DNA of 44,584 nucleotides from a virus (Duplodnaviria; Heunggongvirae; Uroviricota; Caudoviricetes): IMG/VR virus record IMGVR_UViG_2529292883_000001, positions 1 to 44,584 of that record; one strand, 5' to 3'. Shown piece by piece: positions 28,083 to 44,584 of this stretch (position 1 is its first letter; each line of letters starts with the position of its first letter). The notes under the pieces were generated by a model. It saw only the letters and a program-made list of their open reading frames with translations, ran no database searches and was not told where the DNA came from. The position numbers and the translations under genes were made by a program.

Positions 28083-28490
28083 ATGAAGCGAATGACTACC
28101 CTTGAAATAACCACGTACCGAATAAAATTGGTGCTGGAAAAAACTGGACTTAAGCAGGCAGAACTAGCCCGCAGGATTGGTGTTGCCCAACAATCGGTCC
28201 AAAAGTGGGTTCATGGCATCACAAGCCCATCAACGGCTAATCTTGATAAGCTTTCTGAAGTGACGGGGTTTCCTCCGTATTGGTTTATGTTACCACCAAG
28301 CGAAGAAGAGCAAGTCGTAGTGCCTGACACAATGAAAATAGGTCCCAGACAAAGAGAATTGCTTCAAACTTTCGGAGCATTTCCAGAAGAAGATCAAGAA
28401 CAAATGCTAAAAGATATGAAAGACAAAAAAGAGTCAATGGATCGCACAGTCGAAAGGTGGCTCGCTGCCCAGAAAGGGCGTCGAGCGTAA
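28083..28490 (+). CDS. Short HTH (XRE-type) prophage repressor, RacR/PaaR-like
   Basis: 135-aa ORF divergent from the cro-like gene; HTH LKQAELARRIGVAQQSVQKWVHG. Confidence 0.65.
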   Translation: MKRMTTLEITTYRIKLVLEKTGLKQAELARRIGVAQQSVQKWVHGITSPSTANLDKLSEVTGFPPYWFMLPPSEEEQVVVPDTMKIGPRQRELLQTFGAFPEEDQEQMLKDMKDKKESMDRTVERWLAAQKGRRA

Positions 28491-28520
28491 TATCTGTAAC
28501 CGATAAGAGGAGGTATGTGA

Positions 28521-28712
28521 ATGAATACAGTCCTTTCACCAATGGTTTCTGAATTTGAAACCATTGAACAGGAAAACAGTTACAACGAATGGCTACGCGC
28601 GAAAGTAGCAGCAAGCCTTGCAGATCCGCGCCCAGCAATCCCCCATGACGAAGTTGAGCGTAGAATGGCAGAACGCTTCGCTAAAATGCGCAAGGAACAG
28701 AGTAAGCAGTAA
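28521..28712 (+). CDS. Type II antitoxin, PaaA2-like, partner of ParE
   Basis: 63-aa ORF with strong RBS AAGAGGAGGT; stop adjoins toxin start; sequence recalled as close to E. coli O157 PaaA2. Confidence 0.6.
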   Translation: MNTVLSPMVSEFETIEQENSYNEWLRAKVAASLADPRPAIPHDEVERRMAERFAKMRKEQSKQ

Positions 28713-28994
28713 ATGTTACCCGTGATATGGCTTGAAAGCGCAGATACCGACCTAGACGATATAACTAGTTATATTGCTCGTTTCGACATAGATGCGGCAG
28801 AGCGTTTATGGCAGCGATTAAGAGGTTGCGTACTGCCGTTATCCGAACATCCGTATTTATACCCACCAAGTGACAGAGCGCCTGGTTTGCGTGAGATTGT
28901 AGCTCACCCTAATTATGTAATTCTTTACCGTGTAGCCACTTCAAGTATTGAAATTGTGAGTATCGTGCACGCCAGACGCCAGTTCCCCAAATAA
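28713..28994 (+). CDS. parE: ParE/RelE-superfamily toxin
   Basis: 93-aa ORF; C-terminal HPNYVILYRV...IEIVSIVHARR signature. Confidence 0.75.
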   Translation: MLPVIWLESADTDLDDITSYIARFDIDAAERLWQRLRGCVLPLSEHPYLYPPSDRAPGLREIVAHPNYVILYRVATSSIEIVSIVHARRQFPK

Positions 28995-29281
28995 TACCTT
29001 CCCCCTCTTTTTGCAGAACCGCTTCACACTGAGGCGGTTTTTGATTACACCAAAAAGCTAACTTTATAAGTGTTGACACACTAACTTAAAAAGTGCATTC
29101 TTTGTTTCACCAACCCACCCCGCCCCACAGAACGCAGGGCAATACTTCGAGTTACCAGGCAGTGGTCAGGGGTTAAGTAGCCAGCCCGAGGCGTAAGAAC
29201 ATGACGGCAGGGTTCAACTTTAATAACTATGCAGCAGGTTTTTGTTCCGCTACCCCGGCGTTAAGGGGAAATGAGGTCAAC

Positions 29282-29437
29282 ATGGATACTATCGATCTTG
29301 GCAACAACGAATCTCTGGTGTACGGAGTGTTTCCCAACCAGGACGGCACATTCACCGCGATGACGTATACCAAAAGCAAAACGTTTAAAACCGAAAATGG
29401 TGCCCGTCGCTGGCTGGAAAGAAACTCAGGTGAGTGA
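29282..29437 (+). CDS. Small hypothetical protein (51 aa)
   Basis: ORF 29201..29437 trimmed to ATG at 29282 with GAGG RBS. Confidence 0.4.
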   Translation: MDTIDLGNNESLVYGVFPNQDGTFTAMTYTKSKTFKTENGARRWLERNSGE

Positions 29438-29448
29438 TATGGATTTCG

Positions 29449-29571
29449 ACACAATCATGGAAAAGGCTTACGAAGAATACTTCGAAGGCCTTGCCGAAAG
29501 CGAAGAAGCTCTCAGCTTCAGTGAGTTTAAACAGGCGCTTTCCAGCTCGGCAAAATCTAACGGCTGATAAG
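29449..29571 (+). CDS. Small acidic hypothetical protein (40 aa; not in the ORF track)
   Basis: ATG at 29449 after AGGTGAG; reads MDFDTIMEKAYEEYFEGLAESEEALSFSEFKQALSSSAKSNG. Confidence 0.35.
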
Positions 29572-29596
29572 CGAAGCAGCACCGCGAGGAATCAGT

Positions 29597-29815
29597 ATGC
29601 AGAAACGAGAACCCGTCATCATCGCGCCAGACTATACCGATGATGAACTTTATGAGTGGATGCGCCAGAAAATTAATGCAGCGCAGGATCTGAAATGGGC
29701 CAATGAAGCCAGGGCTAAGCAGGCTGAAAATCTGTCCGCTCTGGAGCAGGATATCACCAATCTGGAAAAAGCAGCGGCATTAAGCATTGCCAGAATGATT
29801 ACATACCCGCGTTAA
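29597..29815 (+). CDS. Small hypothetical protein (72 aa)
   Basis: ORF with GAGGAA RBS; followed by hairpin accaac-9nt-gttggt. Confidence 0.45.
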   Translation: MQKREPVIIAPDYTDDELYEWMRQKINAAQDLKWANEARAKQAENLSALEQDITNLEKAAALSIARMITYPR

Positions 29816-30382
29816 TAGCTAACCAACGAAGCTAAGGTTGGTAATTAAGGAGTTCTCCACGGGTAAGGTGGAGTACGTGCGCCGGACACGGGTGAGCATC
29901 CGGCACTGACAGTTTACTGAAAGGATATTTCCCTGAAAAGTCAGACCATAACGCGAAAGCGCACGGCGAGGTAGCTGGTTCATAGATAGCCTGTCGTTAA
30001 ATTTTCGTCGACCGTGCGCTTCCGGTTGTGGCACTCCGCGAAATGGCGCGGCGGTAAGTATGGCGGGGTTATTCCTTCCCCGTTGAGGACACCGGGTTGT
30101 CAGGTTGACCATACGCTTAAGTGACAACCCCGCTACAACGCCCTCTGTTATCAATTTTCTGGTGACGTTTGGCGGTATCAGTTTTACTCCGTGGCTGCTC
30201 TGCCGCCATTTTTAAAGTGAATTTTGTGATGCGGTGAATGCGGCTAAGCGCACGCGGAACAGTTAAAACCAAAAACAGTGTTATGGGTGGATTCTCTGTA
30301 TCCGGCGTTAATTGTTAACTGGTTAACGTCACCTGGAGGCACCAGGCACCGCATCACAAAACTCATTGTTGAGGGCGCGATA

Positions 30383-30571
30383 ATGAAAACGTTATTACCA
30401 AACGTTAATACGTCTGAAGGTTGTTTTGAAATTGGTGTCACTATCAGTAATCCTGTATTCACTGAAGAGGCCATTAACAAAAGAAAACACGAACGGGAGT
30501 TATTAAATAAAGTATGCATTGTCTCAATGCTGGCCCGTTTACGTCTGATGCCAAAAGGATGTGCACAATGA
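30383..30571 (+). CDS. Small hypothetical protein (62 aa), translationally coupled to the next ORF
   Basis: ORF 30278..30571 trimmed to ATG at 30383 with GAGGG RBS; stop overlaps next start (ATGA). Confidence 0.4.
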   Translation: MKTLLPNVNTSEGCFEIGVTISNPVFTEEAINKRKHERELLNKVCIVSMLARLRLMPKGCAQ

Positions 30572-30756
30572 ATCCAGTATTTGCACTTATTCTGACGGTT
30601 TTTCTTGTTTCCGGAGAGCCAGTTGATATTGCAGTCAGTGTTCACAGAACAATGCAGGAATGTATGGCAGCAGCAACCGAACAGAAAATTCCAGGCAACT
30701 GTTATCCGGTCGATAAAGTTATTCACCAGGATAACGAAATCCCGGCAGGATTTTAA
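30568..30756 (+). CDS. Small secreted or membrane peptide (62 aa)
   Basis: ORF 30514..30756 trimmed to ATG at 30568; N-terminal hydrophobic MNPVFALILTVFLVSGEP, two Cys. Confidence 0.4.
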   Translation: MNPVFALILTVFLVSGEPVDIAVSVHRTMQECMAAATEQKIPGNCYPVDKVIHQDNEIPAGF

Positions 30757-30849
30757 AACAGCACCGTAATAAATATCCAGTTTCATTCTTATATGTCAGC
30801 AATGGCAGAGATTTGTTCACCCTTAAATCTGTGATGAGGTTTATCAATA

Positions 30850-33291
30850 ATGAGCACTGATAAAGAAGAATTTGCACTATATTGCGAAGCAAAAAATGAC
30901 AAAGTAAGAAAACGCCTGGGAATTAAAGGTGGTTTTTACTGGACTACAGCAAAAAAATTATCTGTTGCAATCTCCCGCTGCATTACCGCAATGGATGACA
31001 ACGATTATGATGAAGACGACTTTAAAAAACCCGTCCGCGTCAATTTGCCCGTTGTTGACGACCTTCCGCCAGAAGGCGTGTTTGATACTGAATTCTGCAA
31101 CCGCTATGAAAAAGGCGGGAAAGATGGCATCACAATGACATTTATCGGCCCTTCCCCCTCTGTTCAGGACAAACCAGCCAGCACTGACAATACCAACATC
31201 AACGGCGAAGACATGACTGAGATTGAGGAGAGCATGCTTCTGCCTGTCTCCGGTCAGGAACTGCCCATTCGTTGGCTTGCTCAACACGGCAGCGAAAAAC
31301 CAGTAACGCACGTTTCACGCGACGAACTCCAGGCATTGCACATTGCACGGGCTGAAGAACTACCGGCTGTTACTGCCCTGGCTATTTCGCATAAAACCAG
31401 TCTGCTCGACTCGCTGGAGATTCGCGACCTCCACAAACTGGTGCGTGATACTGACAAAGTTTTCCCTAATCCTGGTAATTCAGACCTGGGATTAATAACT
31501 GCTTTTTTCGAAGCATACCTGGACGCTGACTACACCGATCGGGGTCTGCTGACAAAAGAGTGGATGAAAGGAAATCGTGTTTCACGCATCACCCGCACGG
31601 CTTCCGGTGCTAATGCTGGCGGTGGGAACAAAACCGATCGCAATCCGAATTTAGTACACACCCTCGACACACTGGATGTGGAGATTGCAGCAGCCACACT
31701 TCCGATGGATTTTAATATTTATGAAATTCCGGGCAGCGTTTATCGTCGCGCAAAAGAAGTAGTCCTGAAAAAAGAAAGTCCGTTTAAAGAATGGTCCGCA
31801 GCACTTCGCGCAACCCCGGGTATTCTGGACTATTCCCGCGCCGCTATTTTTGCACTTATCCGAAGCGCACACCCTGAATTTTATCACTACCCGGGACGTC
31901 TTCAGGGGTATATCAACGCCTATTTGACGGAAACTGATCACGAGAACCCCAGCAAGGAAACTCTCACAGCTGCCCGGCATACGCCGGAAAAAGATATCCT
32001 GGAAGAAATTAACCGCGAGGTGGTTACTGAGCGTGAAACAGAAGAAGAAAAACCACAACCATCTGACGCAATGGCAGGTGAACAGGCAACAACTGAAACA
32101 ATGGAACCGGATACAACTGAACATTGCCAGAACGCGCAGTCGCTGGATGCTCAGTCGCAGGTGAGTTCCGCTAACCAAGTAAAAGTCACCGCTGACGAAG
32201 TAAACAAAATTATGCAGGCAGCCAATATCAGCCAGCCTGACGCCGATAAGTTACTTGCTGTATCGCGTGGTGAATTTGTTGAGGGGATTAGCGACCCTAA
32301 TGATCCGAAATGGGTCAAGGGGATCCAGACTCGCGATTCTGTGAACCAGAACCAGCATGAATCGGAACGGAACGACCAGAAAGCGGAACAAAACAGCCCA
32401 CATACGCAACAAAACGAGCCAGAAACGAAACAACCTGAACCAGTAGTGCAACAGGAACCGGAAAAGATCTGCACCACCTGCGGTCAAAGCGGTGGCGGCA
32501 ACTGCCCTGATTGTGGTGCAGTGATGGGCGACGCAACATACCAGGAAACATTCGATGACAAGAACCAGGTTGAAGTTCAGGAAGACGATTCGGAGAAAAT
32601 GGAAGGCGCTGAACATCCACACAAGGAGAATGCTGGCAGCGCTCAGGATCACGCCAGCGATAGTGAAACTGGCGAGACGGCAGATCCCTTAATTACGGTG
32701 AACAGTCATCACGTTATCACATCCACCAGCAGGACGTGTGACCATCTAATGATCGACCTTGAAACCATGGGAAAAAATCCTGATGCCCCGATTATCTCAA
32801 TAGGTGCAATATTTTTCGATCCGCAAACCGGAGAGATGGGACCAGAATTTAATAAAACCATCGATCTGGAAACTGCTGGCGGAGTCATTGATCGGGACGC
32901 GATCAAGTGGTGGCTGAAGCAATCACGCGAAGCGCAATCTGCCATTCTGACCGATGAAATCTTGTTAGATGATGCACTACTGCAATTGCGGGAATTTATC
33001 GACGAAAACTCCGGTGAATTTTTTGTTCAGGTCTGGGGTAATGGGGCCAACTTCGACAACGTGATTTTACGCCGTTCATACGAACGACAGGGTATCCCCT
33101 GCCCGTGGCGCTACTGCAACGATCGCGATGTACGCACAATCGTTGAGCTGGGGAAAGCCATAGACTTCGATGCCAGAACGGATATCCCATTCGAAGGTGA
33201 GCGCCATAATGCACTTGATGACGCTCGTTACCAGGCAAAATACGTTTCAGCTATCTGGCAAAAACTGATCCCGAGTCAGGCTGATTTTTAA
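30850..33291 (+). CDS. Prophage exonuclease ('exodeoxyribonuclease VIII'-type) with C-terminal DEDD-like 3'-5' exonuclease domain
   Basis: 813-aa ORF; acidic/Gln-rich linker, zinc ribbon [17 protein letters not shown]-terminal MIDLETMG...[11 protein letters not shown]...HNALDDARY. Confidence 0.6.
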   Translation: MSTDKEEFALYCEAKNDKVRKRLGIKGGFYWTTAKKLSVAISRCITAMDDNDYDEDDFKKPVRVNLPVVDDLPPEGVFDTEFCNRYEKGGKDGITMTFIGPSPSVQDKPASTDNTNINGEDMTEIEESMLLPVSGQELPIRWLAQHGSEKPVTHVSRDELQALHIARAEELPAVTALAISHKTSLLDSLEIRDLHKLVRDTDKVFPNPGNSDLGLITAFFEAYLDADYTDRGLLTKEWMKGNRVSRITRTASGANAGGGNKTDRNPNLVHTLDTLDVEIAAATLPMDFNIYEIPGSVYRRAKEVVLKKESPFKEWSAALRATPGILDYSRAAIFALIRSAHPEFYHYPGRLQGYINAYLTETDHENPSKETLTAARHTPEKDILEEINREVVTERETEEEKPQPSDAMAGEQATTETMEPDTTEHCQNAQSLDAQSQVSSANQVKVTADEVNKIMQAANISQPDADKLLAVSRGEFVEGISDPNDPKWVKGIQTRDSVNQNQHESERNDQKAEQNSPHTQQNEPETKQPEPVVQQEPEKICTTCGQSGGGNCPDCGAVMGDATYQETFDDKNQVEVQEDDSEKMEGAEHPHKENAGSAQDHASDSETGETADPLITVNSHHVITSTSRTCDHLMIDLETMGKNPDAPIISIGAIFFDPQTGEMGPEFNKTIDLETAGGVIDRDAIKWWLKQSREAQSAILTDEILLDDALLQLREFIDENSGEFFVQVWGNGANFDNVILRRSYERQGIPCPWRYCNDRDVRTIVELGKAIDFDARTDIPFEGERHNALDDARYQAKYVSAIWQKLIPSQADF

Positions 33292-33349
33292 TGTTCAACC
33301 CTAATTGCCGCTAACCGTATATAGTTAGCGGCGGTTATGAGATATAGCT

Positions 33350-33553
33350 ATGAGCAGCTTATTTTTAACCGAAGATGAATTGCTAATATTAACGGGCTGC
33401 AAATATGCAAGCCACCAGCGAAAATGGTTAATGGAAAACGGGCTTCCGTTTTATACCAATCGTAGTGGCAAACCGATTGTCAGCCGGGATCTATTTACCT
33501 GCAATAAAACTTTACCACCACGCGAGGTAGAGCCGAATTTTGGTGCGATCTGA
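33350..33553 (+). CDS. xis: Excisionase
   Basis: 67-aa ORF directly upstream of and overlapping int. Confidence 0.6.
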   Translation: MSSLFLTEDELLILTGCKYASHQRKWLMENGLPFYTNRSGKPIVSRDLFTCNKTLPPREVEPNFGAI

Positions 33554-34578
33554 TGGGAAGACGAAGGAAAAATCCTGAACACGAAAAATTACCTCCAAAT
33601 GTATACCCAAATAAATATAGTTATGTATGGAAACCAACATCCAGAGAATCTGTAACACTAACCGCCATCAAGGATGGTTTAGCTGCTTTATGGAAAAAGT
33701 ATGAGGAAACTGTAAATAATCGTGATCGTGCAATGACATTCGGTCGCTTGTGGGAAAAATTCCTCGCCAGCGCCTATTACAGTGACCTTAGTCCAAGAAC
33801 ACAAAAAGATTATCTGCAACATCAAAAAAAGTTGCTTGCCGTATTCGGTAAGGTACCAGCGGATTCCATAAAACCAGAACACATCCGTCGATACATGGAC
33901 AAAAGAGGGGAGCAGAGTAAAACGCAAGCCAACCATGAAAAAAGCAGTATGTCCCGTGTTTACAGTTGGGGGTATGAGCGAGGGTACGTGAAGGCTAACC
34001 CATGTGCAGGTGTAAGTAAATTCAAGGCCAAAAACCGCGAACGATATGTAACCGACAAAGAATACCAGGCAGTATTAAGCGTTGCACCTCTTCCTGTTTT
34101 TATCGCAATGGAAATTGCCTATCTGTGTGCAGCGAGGGTTTCCGATGTGTTATCGCTGAAATGGGAACAGATTGGAAACGACGGGATATTCATCCAGCAA
34201 GGGAAAACCGGAAAAAAACAGATAAAAGCATGGAGTCCACGATTACAGGCAGCGATCGAAAAAGCAAAACAGTTACCAAAATCTGCCTATGTGATCAGCA
34301 ATCAATACGGCAACCGATATATGTACAAAGGCTTTAACGAAATGTGGGTAGAAGCAAGAAATCGTGCTGGAAAAATTTCAGGTATTTTAACCGACTTCAC
34401 CTTTCATGATCTGAAGGCGAAAGGAATTTCAGACTATGAAGGAAGCAGCCGGGATAAGCAACTTTTCTCTGGTCACAAAACCGAAGGGCAAGTGCTAATC
34501 TATGACAGGAAGGTTAAAGTTTCACCAACACTTGATGTCCCGTTACCTGAAAATATTCCAAGAAAATATTCCAAGTAA
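33553..34578 (+). CDS. int: Tyrosine integrase (lambda-type)
   Basis: 341-aa ORF adjacent to a tRNA gene; C-terminal catalytic region with HDLKAKGISDYEG...GHKTEGQVLIYDR. Confidence 0.85.
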   Translation: MGRRRKNPEHEKLPPNVYPNKYSYVWKPTSRESVTLTAIKDGLAALWKKYEETVNNRDRAMTFGRLWEKFLASAYYSDLSPRTQKDYLQHQKKLLAVFGKVPADSIKPEHIRRYMDKRGEQSKTQANHEKSSMSRVYSWGYERGYVKANPCAGVSKFKAKNRERYVTDKEYQAVLSVAPLPVFIAMEIAYLCAARVSDVLSLKWEQIGNDGIFIQQGKTGKKQIKAWSPRLQAAIEKAKQLPKSAYVISNQYGNRYMYKGFNEMWVEARNRAGKISGILTDFTFHDLKAKGISDYEGSSRDKQLFSGHKTEGQVLIYDRKVKVSPTLDVPLPENIPRKYSK

Positions 34579-34630
34579 TTCCAAGTGTGATTTTTGTCAC
34601 TGACTTAATGATGTGTAAGTGATTGAATTT

Positions 34631-34720
34631 TGGCGGAGAGAGGGGGATTTGAACCCCCGGTGGAGTTGCCCCCACTCCGGTTTTCGAGACCGGTCCGTTC
34701 AGCCGCTCCGGCATCTCTCC
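34631..34720 (-). tRNA. serU: tRNA-Ser (anticodon CGA), serU-like; prophage attachment site
   Basis: 90-nt long-variable-arm tRNA folded by hand, anticodon loop CTCGAAA, CCA end; int lies 53 bp from its 3' end. Confidence 0.85.
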
Positions 34721-34813
34721 GTTCAGATGGTTGCCATGATGCCAGGAAATTTGGCATTTTAACAGTCCCTGTCCGTGCAATTTTGTTCAAGTGACGAGTT
34801 TGCGAGCAAAACG

Positions 34814-35611
34814 ATGATTAAGTGGCCCTGGAAAGTACAAGAATCAGCACATCAAACTGCCCTTCCCTGGCAGGAAGCACTATCGATCCCCCTTTTAACG
34901 TGTCTGACGGAACAGGAACAAAGCAAATTAGTCACTCTTGCAGAACGTTTTTTACAGCAAAAGCGGCTTGTTCCTTTACAGGGCTTTGAACTGGATTCAT
35001 TAAGAAGCTGCCGGATAGCACTTCTATTTTGCCTACCCGTTCTGGAGTTAGGACTGGAATGGCTGGATGGTTTTCATGAAGTCTTAATTTATCCTGCACC
35101 ATTTGTGGTCGATGATGAATGGGAAGACGATATCGGTCTGGTGCATAACCAACGTATTGTTCAGTCAGGTCAGAGCTGGCAGCAAGGGCCTATCGTTTTG
35201 AACTGGTTGGATATACAAGATTCTTTTGATGCTTCTGGTTTTAACCTGATTATTCATGAAGTCGCTCATAAGCTGGACACCCGTAACGGCGATCGCGCCA
35301 GCGGAGTTCCCTTTATTCCGTTGCGTGAGGTTGCTGGCTGGGAACACGATCTTCATGCTGCAATGAACAACATTCAGGAAGAAATCGAATTGGTTGGCGA
35401 GAATGCGGCGAGCATTGATGCTTATGCTGCCAGTGATCCTGCTGAATGTTTTGCCGTACTTTCTGAATATTTCTTTAGCGCCCCAGAACTTTTTGCTCCT
35501 CGTTTCCCTTCATTGTGGCAACGTTTCTGCCAATTTTATCAACAAGATCCTTTGCAGAGACTGCATCACGCTAATGATACAGACTCGTTTTCGACGACGA
35601 ATGTTCATTAA
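34814..35611 (+). CDS. mtfA: MtfA (Mlc titration factor A) zinc peptidase
   Basis: ORF 34775..35611 trimmed to [14 protein letters not shown]...; HEVAHKLD zinc motif. Confidence 0.85.
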   Translation: MIKWPWKVQESAHQTALPWQEALSIPLLTCLTEQEQSKLVTLAERFLQQKRLVPLQGFELDSLRSCRIALLFCLPVLELGLEWLDGFHEVLIYPAPFVVDDEWEDDIGLVHNQRIVQSGQSWQQGPIVLNWLDIQDSFDASGFNLIIHEVAHKLDTRNGDRASGVPFIPLREVAGWEHDLHAAMNNIQEEIELVGENAASIDAYAASDPAECFAVLSEYFFSAPELFAPRFPSLWQRFCQFYQQDPLQRLHHANDTDSFSTTNVH

Positions 35612-35711
35612 TTAACAACTTTGCAGATTAATTAACCAATTGAAATGACTTATGAAATTTAGTGTTGACAGACAAGGTACCGCTAAGTAATATGCGCCCC
35701 GTTCACACGAT

Positions 35712-35787
35712 TCCTCTGTAGTTCAGTCGGTAGAACGGCGGACTGTTAATCCGTATGTCACTGGTTCGAGTCCAGTCAGAGGAGCCA
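35712..35787 (+). tRNA. asnT: tRNA-Asn (anticodon GUU)
   Basis: TCCTCTGTAGTTCAGTCGGTAGAACGGCGGACTGTTAATCCG...GGAGCCA; anticodon loop CTGTTAA. Confidence 0.9.
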
Positions 35788-35876
35788 GATTCTAAAAATT
35801 CGCTTTTTTAGCGCAATGTCACTGACCTTAGTTGAACATTGTTTTTTTAACGGATAGCGGGTTTTTAACATCTTAA

Positions 35877-35909
35877 GCGCCCTCGACCTTTATGGTTGAG
35901 GGCGTTTTG
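35877..35909 (+). terminator. Rho-independent terminator after tRNA-Asn
   Basis: gcgccctcgacc-ttta-tggttgagggcg followed by TTTTG. Confidence 0.6.
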
Positions 35910-36101
35910 CTATGAACGCCATCACCATTTTCCCCTCGATTATAAAACTTGAGTTATTCAGTAGTCTCCCCTCTTGCAACTCACACCCAAAACTGCCTAA
36001 CGAAAAGTTATTAATTTTCAATCATATTGCTATCAGGATTTACATTTTTTCGCTGTGCTAGAAAGGGCGCATTTATGTTAGCTCGTTCAGGGAAGGTAAG
36101 C

Positions 36102-44084
<7,983 letters not shown>

Positions 44085-44104
44085 TTTTCCGTTATAATTT
44101 CTTA

Positions 44105-44136
44105 AAGAGTGCTCCATTCGGGGCACTCTTTTTTGT
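44105..44136 (+). terminator. Rho-independent terminator of yeeJ
   Basis: aagagtgctcc-attc-ggggcactctt followed by TTTTTTG, 20 bp after the stop. Confidence 0.7.
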
Positions 44137-44138
44137 GC

Positions 44139-44584
44139 ACAGAAAACCCCCAGCTAGGCTGGGGGTTCCGGAAAGCTTTCAGCTTTGAGCCAGTTATTAA
44201 AACCCCTTTTGATTTGTTAAAACACCTTGCGGTCTGGCAACTGCAAGTGTCAAACAAGAAATCAAAAGGGGGTCCCAATGGGGAACGAAAAGAGCTTAGC
44301 GCACACCCGATGGAACTGTAAATATCACATAGTTTTTGCGCCAAAATACCGAAGACAAGTGTTCTACAGAGAGAAGCGTAGAGCAATAGGCAGTATTTTG
44401 AGAAAGCTGTGTGAGTGGAAAAGCGTACGGATTCTTGAAGCTGAATGCTGTGCAGATCATATCCATATGCTTGTGGAGATCCCGCCCAAAATGAGCGTAT
44501 CCGGCTTTATGGGATATCTGAAAGGGAAAAGCAGTCTGATGCTTTACGAGCAGTTTGGTGATTTGAAATTCAAATACAGGAACA
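44139..44584 (+). mobile_element. IS200 insertion sequence, left end and 5' part (continues beyond window)
   Basis: Perfect hairpin CCCCCAGC-TAG-GCTGGGGG at 44146-44165, then RBS and TnpA-like ORF. Confidence 0.75.
44278..44584 (+). CDS. tnpA: IS200-family Y1 transposase TnpA, N-terminal 102 codons
   Basis: ATG at 44278; reads MGNEKSLAHTRWNCKYHIVFAPKYRRQVFY...ADHIHMLVEIPPK...; no stop in window. Confidence 0.85.
   Translation, partial: MGNEKSLAHTRWNCKYHIVFAPKYRRQVFYREKRRAIGSILRKLCEWKSVRILEAECCADHIHMLVEIPPKMSVSGFMGYLKGKSSLMLYEQFGDLKFKYRN

Noticed and set aside
29819-30154. Minus-strand ORF of 111 aa in the non-coding block
   Set aside because: Arg-rich low-complexity translation, opposite to the local transcription direction and no RBS; the region is treated as non-coding
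30244-30786. Minus-strand 180-aa Cys-rich ORF
   Set aside because: Antisense to two translationally coupled plus-strand small ORFs that have RBSs; composition not protein-like
30958-32945. Minus-strand ORFs inside the exonuclease gene (30958..31311, 31651..32178, 32151..32477, 32251..32652, 32709..32945)
   Set aside because: Antisense to the 813-aa exonuclease ORF; Cys/Phe-rich artefacts of the acidic repeat region
34775-34813. N-terminal 13-codon extension of mtfA given by the ORF track
   Set aside because: The conserved MtfA N-terminus MIKWPWK begins at the internal ATG at 34814; the extension runs into the serU promoter region

Overview
The window is almost entirely one lambdoid prophage of Escherichia coli type, integrated at the 3' end of tRNA-Ser (serU-like), followed by chromosomal mtfA, tRNA-Asn, a 2685-aa YeeJ-like inverse-autotransporter adhesin and the left end of an IS200 element. 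About 34.6 kb of the prophage is present, reading on the minus strand from the right: Cro-like/YdaT-like early genes, an O-like replication gene with internal iterons, a nin-like region (hok-like toxin, lipoprotein moron, HNH nuclease, RusA), a lambda-type Q, an AT-rich membrane-protein moron, four phage tRNAs, a phage-21-type lysis cassette (pinholin, YdfR-like insert, SAR endolysin, Rz/Rz1), HNH-terminase, HK97-type head genes and lambda-type tail genes (V, G/G-T, H, M, L, K, I, partial J). On the plus strand sit a short HTH repressor, a PaaA/ParE-like toxin-antitoxin pair, small ORFs, a ~565-bp non-coding GC-rich block, an 813-aa exonuclease, xis and int. All calls rest on reading the six-frame translations and the DNA by eye; no searches were run, so family names are recognition-based. 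No single feature is demonstrably a new system; the best candidates for something undescribed are the membrane-protein moron downstream of Q, the repressor-linked TA module, the non-coding block upstream of the exonuclease, and the A-run/hairpin/U-run elements inside the tail operon.
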